A DNA stretch of 64,000 nucleotides from Thermoanaerobaculia bacterium (GTDB lineage: Bacteria; Acidobacteriota; Thermoanaerobaculia; Multivoradales; Multivoraceae): positions 2,496,001-2,560,000 of the forward strand of contig OY761158.1 in assembly GCA_963664405.1 (NCBI GenBank), read 5' to 3'. Shown piece after piece: positions 10,536-21,071 of the stretch. The position numbers and the translations under genes are program-made. How positions within the stretch are numbered: the stretch's first letter is position 1; each line of letters begins with the position of its first letter. Under the pieces are notes generated by a model. It saw only the letters and a program-made list of their open reading frames with translations, was not told the origin of the DNA and made no database searches.

Positions 10536-10715
10536 CTAGACCAGCGTTTCCAAAGTTCGCGTACATATCTCGGCCCCTTCTGCCCGCTGCCGGCGTTGGC
10601 TAGACGCCCCCGCGCTCCTCGACATATTGCCCAATATGCCTTGCGTCGGCGCGCCTGGCCAGCGAACAGAATGAGCTCGAGCTATGCAGCCCGAACTTTG
10701 GAAACGCTGGTCTAG
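10536..10715 (+). mobile_element. Palindromic MITE copy 2 (long variant, 180 bp)
   Basis: Same TIRs and CTAG flanks; extra internal segment GGCTAGACGCCCCCGCG shared with copy 6. Confidence 0.9.
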
Positions 10716-10742
10716 GCACCCAGTGGGTCGTCCGGACCTGCC

Positions 10743-10793
10743 CGGGTTTGATGGGCATCGCCGACGGCACTGCTCATCCGCAACCCGTTAGGC
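10743..10793 (+). other. Degenerate attC-like site
   Basis: CGGGTT-TGATGGGCA...TGCTCATC-CGC-AACCCG hairpin ending in GTTAGGC (GTTRRRY) at 10787-10793. Confidence 0.4.
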
Positions 10794-10926
10794 CCGAGAC
10801 CAGCCTTCGGCTGCTTAGGTGCCAGCGGAGTGTTTCAACGCCGTAAGGAAAGCACCTGCGAGTCAATTCTTCGGCTGGAACCCGGTAGCTAGGCCGTCAA
10901 CCGCCCCCGGTGGGAGCTTGCCATGA

Positions 10927-11082
10927 AACTACATTGTAGTTCGATTCCCGTCGATGAAAGCGCTTCTAGACTTCTGGAACTCGTCGGAATATCAGGCTGT
11001 AAAACACCTTCGAACCGATGTCATCAAGCCGAACTTCACGTTTGCGGTCGAGGCCTTTGACCCCGAAAGCTATGGTCAGTAG
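10927..11082 (+). pseudogene. DUF1330 C-terminal remnant
   Basis: NYIVVRFPSMKALLDFWNSSEYQAVKHLR aligns with the DUF1330 domain at 43702 ([28 protein letters not shown]); no 5' half. Confidence 0.6.
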
Positions 11083-11165
11083 GAAGACCACCTCCCGCGC
11101 GTGGGTGATAATAAGGCCAGCCGACCCAGACAAGTCGTTGCGAACGAGGATCGGCAGAATCATAG

Positions 11166-12732
11166 GTTAGGCGCACTTGACAGGAGAGACCCATGCTGAA
11201 GACACCGACGCGCGATCAGATTGCAAGGATCATCGAAGGCTTTGGAATCTCGGCCTCGAGTGACGACATTTCGCTTTACCGCGACCTGGTGGAAGGCTCG
11301 ATCGCTGGCAATGCCGCCCTCGATGACCTCCCCGACGACGAAATCCAGCCCGGCGCCGCTGACCGAGAGTGGACACGTCCCGAGCCGGCTCAAAATCCCT
11401 ACAATGCCTGGTACGTCAAGACCCACATCACCGGCGCCCAACGGGGTCTCCTTCAAGGCCGGACCGTCGCGATCAAAGACAACGTGTTCGTTGCCGGTGT
11501 TCCGCTGATGGATGGCAGCAAGATCCTTGACGGTTATACGCCCCCGGTGGACGCCACTATCGTGACCCGCATTCTCGATGCTGGTGGGACGATCGCGGGT
11601 AAGGCCGTCTGCGAGGCCTTTTGTTTCTCCGGAGGCAGCCACACCAGCCAGTCTGGTCCTGTCCAGAATCCGCACAACACCGCCCACTCGGCAGGTGGTT
11701 CTTCGTCGGGCAGTGCGGCCCTTGTTGCCGGAGGCGAGGTAGACCTCGCCATCGGTTGCGATCAGGGAGGATCCATTCGCATCCCCTCCAGCTTCTGCGG
11801 TATCTACGGCATGAAGCCAACCCACGGTCTCGTGCCCTACACCGGAATCCTGGGCATGGGACCCGTCATCGACCATGTTGGGCCGATGACCGCCAATGTC
11901 GTGGACAACGCCCTGCTTCTGGAAGTGATCGCCGGCAGCGATGGGCTGGATAGCCGTCAGTACGACCCGCGCACTGCGCGCTATACCGAGTCGCTACAGC
12001 AAGGGATCGGAGGCCTGCGGGTTGGCGTAGTCGGCGAAGGATTCGACCTCGAAGGCTCGGAGCCCGACGTCGACGCCAAGGTGCGCCGCGCCGCCAAGTT
12101 GCTTGGCGAGATGGGTGCCACCGTAACGGACGTTTCAATACCCATGCATCAGCTGGGCGCGGCGATTTCTTTTGCGGTAATTCAGCAGACCATCGACGCG
12201 ATGTTCCATCACGACGGCTGTCTGATCAACCGGCTCGATCCTGTCGCAGTGAGTTTTCTCGAGGCACAGCACGCGTGGCGTGAGCGCGCCAACGAGCTTC
12301 CGGAAACCATCAAGGTCATGCTGATCGCTGCCGAGTTCCTCAACCAGGCGCATGGATACCACTACGTCGCCAAGGGCACGAACCTAGTGCGGAAAATGCG
12401 TGCCGCGTACGACGAAGCGTTAGAGAAAGTGGATCTTCTACTGATGCCTACGACTCCGATGAAGGCCTCGCGGCTTCCGGGTGCAGATGTTGATCCCGCC
12501 ACCAGTATCGCGCTTGCCTTCTCTCCGCTGACGAACACGATGCCGTTCGACAACACCCACCACCCCGCGATGTCCGTCCCCTGTGGGGTGAGCGATGGTC
12601 TCCCTGTCGGCATGATGCTGGTGGGGCGTCACTACGAGGAGTCAACCATTTACCGCGCCGCTCACGCCTTTGAGACAGGGGTAGACTGGCGCGGGCTGTA
12701 GGTGGCTTAGAAGTCGAGACCGTGCGCCTAAC
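11166..12732 (+). mobile_element. Putative integron gene cassette carrying the amidase
   Basis: Starts GTTAGGCGCAC (11166-11176) and ends GTGCGCCTAAC (12722-12732): exact 11-bp reverse complements containing GTTRRRY/RYYYAAC cores. Confidence 0.6.
11193..12701 (+). CDS. Amidase (amidase-signature family)
   Basis: VAIKDN, AGGSSSGSAA, DQGGSIRIPSSFCG, LPVGMMLVG. Confidence 0.92.
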   Translation: MLKTPTRDQIARIIEGFGISASSDDISLYRDLVEGSIAGNAALDDLPDDEIQPGAADREWTRPEPAQNPYNAWYVKTHITGAQRGLLQGRTVAIKDNVFVAGVPLMDGSKILDGYTPPVDATIVTRILDAGGTIAGKAVCEAFCFSGGSHTSQSGPVQNPHNTAHSAGGSSSGSAALVAGGEVDLAIGCDQGGSIRIPSSFCGIYGMKPTHGLVPYTGILGMGPVIDHVGPMTANVVDNALLLEVIAGSDGLDSRQYDPRTARYTESLQQGIGGLRVGVVGEGFDLEGSEPDVDAKVRRAAKLLGEMGATVTDVSIPMHQLGAAISFAVIQQTIDAMFHHDGCLINRLDPVAVSFLEAQHAWRERANELPETIKVMLIAAEFLNQAHGYHYVAKGTNLVRKMRAAYDEALEKVDLLLMPTTPMKASRLPGADVDPATSIALAFSPLTNTMPFDNTHHPAMSVPCGVSDGLPVGMMLVGRHYEESTIYRAAHAFETGVDWRGL

Positions 12733-12932
12733 GAGGCGATCAGGATCTCGACGTCGCGACAACGCCCACACGGCGAAGTGCGTGCGGGGATCCGGAGACC
12801 CCAGGGCCGCCAGTCGCCTGGAGTGACTCTTGGATCTCCCGACATGGGGGATAATAGGATCCGCCGATCCAAATACGCTGCGGTAGAGGTCGGCAGAGTC
12901 GCAGCTTAGGCGGCCATGCGTTCGACGATGCC

Positions 12933-13472
12933 ATGACTTCGAAGCTAATCGTACTGAGCGGTCTTCCTGGCACGGGGAAAACCGAGATCGCCGAGTCGGT
13001 GGCCAAGACGCTCGGAGCGCCTGCCTTCGCAAAGGATTGGCTCGAGGCGCCGATCCTGCAGGCGGGCACCGTGCCAAAGGACCGGCTTGGCACAATTGAC
13101 TATGACCTACTCACGACGCTCACTCGCCGTCAGCTCGAGTTTGGCCAGTCGGCTGTGCTCGATAGCGTCGCGAGTAGTGCCAGTATCCGACATGCATGGC
13201 GCGAGCTGGCCCACGAGCTCAACGCCTCCTCATTCGTCATCGAGTGTGTGTGCTCGGACTCCGAGCTCCATAGGCAGCGCCTTCTCGCTCGGCGCCGTGG
13301 CATCCCCGGCTGGCCCGAGCTCACCTGGGCCGAGGTAGAGCGGGTGCAGAGCTACTACGTGCCCTGGCAAGAAGAGCGGCTCATCCTCGACTCGGTCTCG
13401 TCCCTGAAGGAGAACATCGAGAAGGCAATTGCCTACGTAGCGCGGCCAGCCGCGAGCCAAGTGCAGGGCTAG
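12933..13472 (+). CDS. AAA_33-type P-loop kinase/ATPase
   Basis: LIVLSGLPGTGKT Walker A, VLDSV, VIECVCSD. Confidence 0.8.
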   Translation: MTSKLIVLSGLPGTGKTEIAESVAKTLGAPAFAKDWLEAPILQAGTVPKDRLGTIDYDLLTTLTRRQLEFGQSAVLDSVASSASIRHAWRELAHELNASSFVIECVCSDSELHRQRLLARRRGIPGWPELTWAEVERVQSYYVPWQEERLILDSVSSLKENIEKAIAYVARPAASQVQG

Positions 13473-13517
13473 TCGGCGGATCCACACCGAAACACCATGA
13501 GTGGAGGAAGAATCGGA

Positions 13518-14984
13518 ATGACCAAACGTGTACTGCAATTGGCAGCAGCCACCTTCATTGCCGCTGGATCAATTCCGGTGGCATCGGCCCAAGACGCGAG
13601 ACACGGCTACACCTTCGAGCGAGGCTATCCCAGCGGTCAGACCGCGGAGCAGGCGATCGACAACGCCGACCTGCGGCGTGCGATTGAGGCCTACAAGTTC
13701 TTCTTTCCCACGGTTGCCACCGAAGGCGTGTTTCAGCAATTCGTGCCGCACGGCATGGTTCCGAATGAGGTCGGGATCATCATGCCGCAGGACCCGGAGC
13801 AGCAGTTCGCCTACGCCAACCAGGATACGCCCTACATTCTCGGCCACTTTGACTTGAGCGAGGGGCCGATGGTTGTCGAGCTCCCTGATGGCCCCTACAT
13901 CGGCGGCGTCAACGACCACAATGAGGAATGGATCGCCGACAGCGGGATCATCGGCCCGACCAAGGGCAAAGCCGAGAAGACAATCTTGCTGCCGCCCGGC
14001 TACGACGGGGTGATTCCGGATGGCTACCGCCCGGTCCGGTCCAAGACCGTGCAGGTCTTGTGGTGGGCACGCGTCCTCTCAGCGACCGGTTCCTATGACG
14101 AAGCCGTTGAATACGCCAACAAGGTGCAGGCCTACCACATCGCCGATTCGGGGAAGACCTCGACCTATCGCGTCATCGATATCAAGGGCAAGCCGGCGCC
14201 GAATCCGATGCTGGCCTGGGAGCACAACATCAAGTACTGGGAGAACCTCGACAAGGTACTCCAGGAGGAACCGGTCCAGGAAAAATACCGGGTCATGAAC
14301 GGCATGCTGCATCAATTGGGCATTCGGAAGGGCGCGCCGTTTGCGCCGGATGCGCGGATGAAGGAGATCCTGGAAGAGGCGGCGAGGATCGGCTTCGACG
14401 AGATGAGCGTCACCTACTTCGCCAACCCGGATCCGGACAGGCTTGTGTGGGAAGACCGTACATGGGAATTCATCCCCGTGGTTGGCGCCTTCGATCCTCG
14501 GCTCAAGGAATGGGGCGGCCCGTCTTACCGCGACCTGAACACCAGCGACGCCTACTTCTGGGCGGGCTTTGGAACCTCAGCCGCGATCGGCGCCCGCAAG
14601 GCTGGCTCGGGCTCGATGTATTTCACGACTCCGCGCGACGCAACCGGTGTCTACCTCGACGGGGGGAAGAACTACAGGCTCAACGTCCCCGGACCGGTGC
14701 CGGCGCGGTTGTTCTGGTCGGTCACGGTCTACGACACGGAAACCCGCTGCATCATCGACTCCGGCCAGGGCCGCGGGGCGGTGCGTTCTCTGCACGAAAA
14801 GCCGGTGACCAATGCCGACGGTTCGTACGACATCTATTACGGACCCGACAAGCCCACCGGGAAGGAAAAGAACTGGGTAAGGACCATCCCCGGCAAGGGC
14901 TGGTTCACCACTCTGCGGATGTATGGCCCGACCGAGGAAGCCTTCTCCACCTACAAGCTGCCAAATATCGAGAAGATCAGATAG
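13518..14984 (+). CDS. DUF1254/DUF1214 secreted protein
   Basis: ANQDTPY, DLSEGPMVVELP, YLDGGKNYRLNVPGPVPARLFWSVTVYD, NWVRTIPGKGWF. Confidence 0.88.
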   Translation: MTKRVLQLAAATFIAAGSIPVASAQDARHGYTFERGYPSGQTAEQAIDNADLRRAIEAYKFFFPTVATEGVFQQFVPHGMVPNEVGIIMPQDPEQQFAYANQDTPYILGHFDLSEGPMVVELPDGPYIGGVNDHNEEWIADSGIIGPTKGKAEKTILLPPGYDGVIPDGYRPVRSKTVQVLWWARVLSATGSYDEAVEYANKVQAYHIADSGKTSTYRVIDIKGKPAPNPMLAWEHNIKYWENLDKVLQEEPVQEKYRVMNGMLHQLGIRKGAPFAPDARMKEILEEAARIGFDEMSVTYFANPDPDRLVWEDRTWEFIPVVGAFDPRLKEWGGPSYRDLNTSDAYFWAGFGTSAAIGARKAGSGSMYFTTPRDATGVYLDGGKNYRLNVPGPVPARLFWSVTVYDTETRCIIDSGQGRGAVRSLHEKPVTNADGSYDIYYGPDKPTGKEKNWVRTIPGKGWFTTLRMYGPTEEAFSTYKLPNIEKIR

Positions 14985-15024
14985 CGAGAAGATTCAAGGT
15001 GAAAGGGCGAATTCATCGCAGGAC

Positions 15025-15085
15025 AGCTCACCAGCGGTTGCAGTGGACGCCGCCAGGGCGTCGCCGCTGAACCAAGTAGCTAGCC
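15025..15085 (+). other. attC-like site upstream of the EthD cassette
   Basis: AGCTCAC...GGTT(G)CAGTGG-GACGCC/GGCGTC-CCGCTGAACC...GCTAGCC; hairpin with an extrahelical G, core sites degenerate. Confidence 0.55.
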
Positions 15086-15118
15086 ACACCACAACCAGAA
15101 AGCGAAGGAGCGAAGAAG

Positions 15119-15481
15119 GTGATCAAGTTTGTCATGTGTCTGACGCGCCACCCACGTATGACTCGCGAAGAATTCAGGGACTACTGGAAGAACAAGCATG
15201 GTCCGTTCTTCATGAGCAACGCAGATACGATGGGTGCCAAGAGGTACCTGCAATCCCACACCCTGGACACGCCGCTAAACGAAGGTCTCAGGGCCTCCAG
15301 AGGGATGCTTCCTGAATATGACGGCGTTGCGGAAGTCTGGTTCGAGTCAGAAGAAGCGCTTGTTGCGGGAATGAGCTCTCCCGAGGGACAGCAACTCGGC
15401 GCAGCCCTGCTGGAAGATGAGGGGAACTTCATCGACCATTCCAAGTCATCGGCGTTCATCGTTGAGGAACACGAATTCTAG
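15119..15481 (+). CDS. EthD-domain protein (cassette-like)
   Basis: MTREEFRDYWKNKHGP...YDGVAEVWFES. Confidence 0.85.
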   Translation: MIKFVMCLTRHPRMTREEFRDYWKNKHGPFFMSNADTMGAKRYLQSHTLDTPLNEGLRASRGMLPEYDGVAEVWFESEEALVAGMSSPEGQQLGAALLEDEGNFIDHSKSSAFIVEEHEF

Positions 15482-15483
15482 GT

Positions 15484-15534
15484 GGCTAACAGGGCGATGC
15501 AAGTGCGCCGGCCTCCAGCCGGCCGCTGATCGCC
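15484..15534 (+). other. Partial attC-like site after EthD
   Basis: GGCTAAC 3 nt after the stop; GGCGAT(G)CA pairs with TGATCGCC; GCCGGC/GCCGGC inner stem; right core site missing. Confidence 0.55.
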
Positions 15535-15799
15535 GCAGCCTCCGGCGGCTATCAGGTGCCACCCGACCTCGGGGCGCGGCCTACGAAGCGAAACTCGTCG
15601 TTCGTTGCCAGGCTCCGGATGCTGTCTTGACACCGGACGAACGTCTCCGCGGGTTCAACTATGTTGGCCATTCGGCCCAGCTCATCCATGTAACGTTTCG
15701 TCAGTATCAAGCCGGGCATCTGCCGAGCACGCGGCATTCATCGAGACCGTGCATCGCTCGCGCCACCCCGAGGCGGATTTCATCTTGAGTCACCAGCGA

Positions 15800-16219
15800 T
15801 CAGAGCGCCGAGCGCGTAGGCCACACCCGGATCATGGGGTGCCGAGCCCCAGCCGCCCGCGGCCTAAGAAGGGCGCTGCAGTCGATGTGGCCCTCGGGTC
15901 GGCTGAAGACGCAGTAGAAGCTGAGCGCAATCGGTAGCGGCGCGATGAGCATGAAGGGATGACGCCGACCCCAGCGCCTGGATCGATAACGATCCGAGAA
16001 GGAGCCGAACAGCGGATCCGAGATGGCGTCGGTCAGGGTGGCGATGGTGGGTACCAGCCCAGCCACCAGCACGTCGAGTCCAAGCACCTGGTTGTAGAAC
16101 AGCATGCCGAGAATCGACAGCGAATACAGCGACATGTTCTCCGCAGAGGCGCCAATACCGAAGGCAAGGCGCGTGCGGATCGGTACGGTCAGCGATTGGA
16201 CCGGTTCGCCTCGAGTCAT
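15800..16219 (-). pseudogene. MFS (GPH/MelB-like) transporter N-terminal fragment
   Basis: RLAFGIGA...FYNQVLGL...DAISDPLFGSFSDRYRSRRWGRRHPF; similarity ends at ~15890. Confidence 0.75.
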
Positions 16220-16235
16220 CGTTCGCCGATCGACT

Positions 16236-16440
16236 TCACTTCGGCGTACTTACCGGCTTCCCCGCAGCGATCCACTCCTTCTCGAGCACGCGAGCGCCCT
16301 TCAGCTGATTCAAAGGAAACCGGTGGTCTCGGCGACCAGGGTATCGCCTTCCCACCAGCCGATCGAATCGGCGCTGAGCGAGCGGACATCGGATGGCAGA
16401 TGTTCGGAATTCAGCCGAATCACCCGCGCCCAGCCCAGCA
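16236..16440 (-). pseudogene. Remnant of a conserved hypothetical protein
   Basis: IRLNSEHLPSDVRSLSADSIGWWEGDTLVAETTGF, then a jump to LKGARVLEKE in another frame. Confidence 0.45.
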
Positions 16441-17136
16441 GCGCAAAGGCAAGAAGAAGCGCTGTCTTCATCCCAGATCTCCTTTCCGTAATTCTCACAC
16501 ACTCCCACTCCAGGGGCGCCCGAATCCGTCCTTGACCGACCTAGTCAGGGAGGTTATTGTCAGGTGTGCATAAGTCGATGCTGTCCATAATCATCGTCAC
16601 CTACAACACCGACCAGCTTCTATCTGAGTGCTTGTCGAGCCTCGCGTCCCACGACCTTGCTGGGCAATATGATGTTGTCGTTATCAACAACGGAGTCGCT
16701 CTCGAAGCCGAGAGTCTCGGCGACCTCGATCTCTGCGTCAGAATCGTCAACCGCCCACGGAACATCGGCTACGGTGCCGCCCTCAACCAAGGCGCGCGGC
16801 TGACGCGATCGGAGCTCCTGCTCTTCCTGAATGCCGATACGAGGCTCCCGGCAGGAAGCCTAGCGCCACTCGTCGCGCGGCTGCAGGACGATCCGGGCGT
16901 TGGCGTGGTAGCTCCGCGGCTTCGGTATCCGGTGTCAACGGCGCTTAAGAAGCGCGCGATCCCGGCTTTCTGACCGCGTTTCCTGCTGAGAGTCTCTTCA
17001 GCATCATCGTCGCGCGCGAGCAGCGTGGCAGGTGGGAGTATGGGGAGACCGGCGGGGGCGACTCCAAGCAAGGTACCCGCCCACCGCCGGAAGGCCTGGG
17101 GTATGACGCCCCAGAAGAGGAGTATTCCGCCTGCGG

Positions 17137-17661
17137 GTGGCGAAGTCCAGGCCGAAGGAGGCCTGGGCCGTGCGCCGCCGTCCGGATTGCCGTCGCTTCG
17201 TTTGCGATCGTTGCCGCCGAGCCGTCTACCTCTGCTCTTGGTGCGATCGAGGACATCGTTATTGCTCGGGGGAGTGCCGGGATGAGGCTCGTCGTTACAG
17301 CCTTCGCTGCGCCGGACGTCGTTACCAGCAGACGCCGCGGGGGCGCCGCTTGCATGCCCGCCGTCAGCAGGCCTATCGAGATCGCAAGCAGCAAGGCTCA
17401 AAGAAAGTGACGCATCACAGTTGCCGCCGCGGGGGCGGCTCTGCGATGGTCGCGTCATGTCCCACCGCGACGCTTCCGGCCCCGTTGCAAGCCGTGCCCG
17501 TAGGAGATCGGAGCAGGGAGCTTCTCTGCGGGCGGTGCAGTCATCCTTGCGAGCCGATGATTCGCCACGACTTCTTGCGCTCGCGTCGAGCCCGTCCGGT
17601 GCGCAGGCGGGCGCGGGATGATCTCTCCCGAGCTCGCCGCCGAGATCCGCCGTCTCTATGA
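17137..17661 (+). CDS. Cys-rich, basic accessory ORF of the IS21 element (start uncertain)
   Basis: CDRCRRAVYLCSWCDRGHRYCSGEC and RRYQQTPRGRRLHARRQQAYR; lies inside the IRs and overlaps the istA start. Confidence 0.6.
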   Translation: MAKSRPKEAWAVRRRPDCRRFVCDRCRRAVYLCSWCDRGHRYCSGECRDEARRYSLRCAGRRYQQTPRGRRLHARRQQAYRDRKQQGSKKVTHHSCRRGGGSAMVASCPTATLPAPLQAVPVGDRSRELLCGRCSHPCEPMIRHDFLRSRRARPVRRRARDDLSRARRRDPPSL

Positions 17662-19113
17662 GTCGGAGGGCTGGCGGCGCAACACGATCGCCCGCCATCT
17701 GGGAATCCATCACTCGACGGTCACTCGAGTCCTTCGACGCGAAGGGCTGAGCCGGCCTCGATCGCCGCGACGAGCGTCCATGGTCGATCGCTTCGTCCCC
17801 TTCATCCAGGAAGTCTTTGAGCGCTACCCGGAGCTGCCGGCGAGCGTGCTCTACGAGATGGTCAAGAAGCGTGGCTATCCCGGTGGGGAGGATCACTTCC
17901 GCCACTGCATTGCCGAGCTCGGCCTGCGCCCCCGCAAGGCGCCCGAGGCTTTCTTTGTGCTCCGTACGCTTCCCGGCGAACAGGCCCAGGTCGACTGGGC
18001 CCACTTCGGCACGCGAAAGGTCGATGGGGGAGAGCGCCGTCTCTACGCCTTCGTCATGGTGCTGAGCTACTCGCGAGCTCTCTTTCTGCACTTCTTCTAC
18101 GACGCTCGTCTCCCGAGCTTCCTGACCGGGCATGTCCTCGCCTTCTCCTTCTTTGAGGGTCTGGCCAAGATCCATCTCTACGACAATCTGCGCAGCGCTG
18201 TCCTCGAGCGGCGCCGCAGCGCCATTCGCTTTCATCCACGGCTTCTCGAGCTTGCCGACTTCTACGGCTTTGATCCAAGGCCCGTTGCTCCCAGACGAGG
18301 AAACGAAAAAGGTCGCGTCGAACGGGCCATTCGTTTTGTGAGAACTTCCTTCTTTCCGCTGCGTCGCACCTGGGACAGAGAAGCGCTGAACCGGGACGCT
18401 CTGGAGTGGTGTCGCGACCGAGCGATGAAGCGCCCGTGGCCCCAGGACCGGCGTCGCACCGTCGAGCAGGCCTATCTCGAGGAGCGCTCTCATCTCGTGA
18501 GCCTTCCCCCGCAGCCTTTCCCCTGCCACGAATGGGTCGAGCGGATCACACGGCGCACTCCTTACCTGAGCTTCGATGCGAATCGCTACTCGATCCCGCA
18601 TGATCGCATTGCGCGCTCGCTACAGATTGCCGCAGACCCGGAGCGCGTGCGCATCTTCGATCGCGAGGAGCTCATCGCCGAGCACATAAGGTCCTGGGAC
18701 AAGGGCCGAGTCATTGAAGACCCCCGTCACCTAGAAGAGCTGGAACGACAGAAACGCGAGGCACGTACACAGCGCGGCCAGGACTACCTGCTGCGTACGG
18801 TGCCTCAGGCCGAAGAGCTCCTGCGGGAGCTGGCCCGACGGCAGAGACGACTCTCGAGTGCCGTCGCCAGACTCCTCGAGCTCCTTGCCGAGAGTGGACC
18901 CAGGGAGCTCGCAGTGGCGATCGCCGAGGCCCTCGAAAAAGGATCCCCGCACCCCGAAGCGGTGCGACTCATCCTCGATCGTCGGCGCCACGAGCGGGGA
19001 CTCCTACCCGCTCTGCCTGTCCAGCTCCCCGACGATCCCAGGATCCGGGAGCTCACGGTCACTCCCCATGCACTGGCCGACTACGACAACCCCAACGACG
19101 AGGAGGACGACGA

Positions 19114-19117
<4 letters not shown>
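17618..19117 (+). CDS. istA: IS21 transposase IstA
   Basis: N-terminal HTH; PGEQAQVDW, LSYSR, YDN, EKGRVER. Confidence 0.95.
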
Positions 19118-19880
<763 letters not shown>

Positions 19881-19884
<4 letters not shown>

Positions 19885-20234
19885 CCCGACAGGAGTATCT
19901 CGTCGAGCTGATCCGCCTCTACCTCGACGCTCCTGCCACACCGCCTAGACCCCGCCGCCGAGACTGGGCGATCGCCGCCCAGCTCTATCGAGCCGCCGTC
20001 CCCCTGGAAGAGCTCGCCCACGCCATTCGACTCGCCACCTTGCGACGCTGCCTCAGCACCGATCCTCTGCCGCAGATCCACTCACTCGCCTACTACCGCA
20101 CCGTACATCGAGCCCTGACCAACGACGAGCTCGACCCTCTATACGTCCGATACATCCAGCTTCGCCACCGCTCCCTTCTCGACGAGGACGAATCCAAAAG
20201 CGCCACTACACAGCCGGATTCCCGCGCCTTCTGA
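19881..20234 (+). CDS. Accessory ORF downstream of istB (117 aa)
   Basis: GTG overlaps the istB TGA; YLVELIRLYLDAPATPPRPRRRDWAIAAQLY...IHSLAYY; stop lies within the right IR. Confidence 0.65.
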
Positions 20235-21071
20235 CCGCCGATAACATCCGGATGGGCGCCTACAGTTCTCCTGTCGCCGTGGGTACTCTGCGGAGTCCAT
20301 TCTTGGACGCCGCTCTCCGTTCGGATCTTTCCCGATGTTGGAGCCGGCTCTACGAGAGCACCTGATGCTGGACGAGGACCACGAGCAGACTCTGTACCCG
20401 GACTGGGTTCAGGGCTCGTGTCTGATGATGCGCCGGGACGTCTTCAGCATGCTCAGTGGCTTTGACGAGAGATTCTTCTTGTATTTCGAGGATTACGATC
20501 TCTGCAATCGGGTCCGAGCCAGAGGTCTATCGGTGGTATACGACCCGCAGGCGGAAGTGATTCACCACTACGCCAGGCTCAGTCGACGACCGGTGTTGGG
20601 CGGAGCTTGGTGGCTGCATCTGGCCAGCGCCCTTCGTTACTACGCAAAGGCTCGGACACTGCGGGCCGTACGAGCGGCTTGACAAGATCATGAGAACGAG
20701 ATCATGAATCCTCGCCTAGCCTTGAGAGTGAGCACGATAATCGATGGCGGTCCGATCACGATAAGTGATGGTCGCGTAGCCTTTTGAAGGACTTAGCCGA
20801 AGCTGCGTTTCGCTGCCACTTGCCTCAGACGGTCTTGTTCACAGTATTTGATGGCGATTCGAGGAAACCCGATCACGTTGTCTGGTGGGAATGGGTGTTC
20901 CGTTCAAGGTATCTGAGGGCGCAACCAGGGGCCCAAGCGCGATGGAAGCTCGGCGAACCGCCTCGATCGCCCATCAGATAGCGTGCCGTTCATCCCATCG
21001 CTGCGTGTCAGCCCTCGTTCAGCGTGATCAGCGAAAGAACAAGTATGGACTGCGCGTCAGGCCCCGACGGC

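Noticed and set aside
10924-10941. TGA followed by the hairpin AACTAC-ATT-GTAGTT as a fourth Sec site
   Set aside because: The hairpin abuts the TGA, its loop lacks G, there is no redox motif, and the upstream frame is not DUF1330-like.
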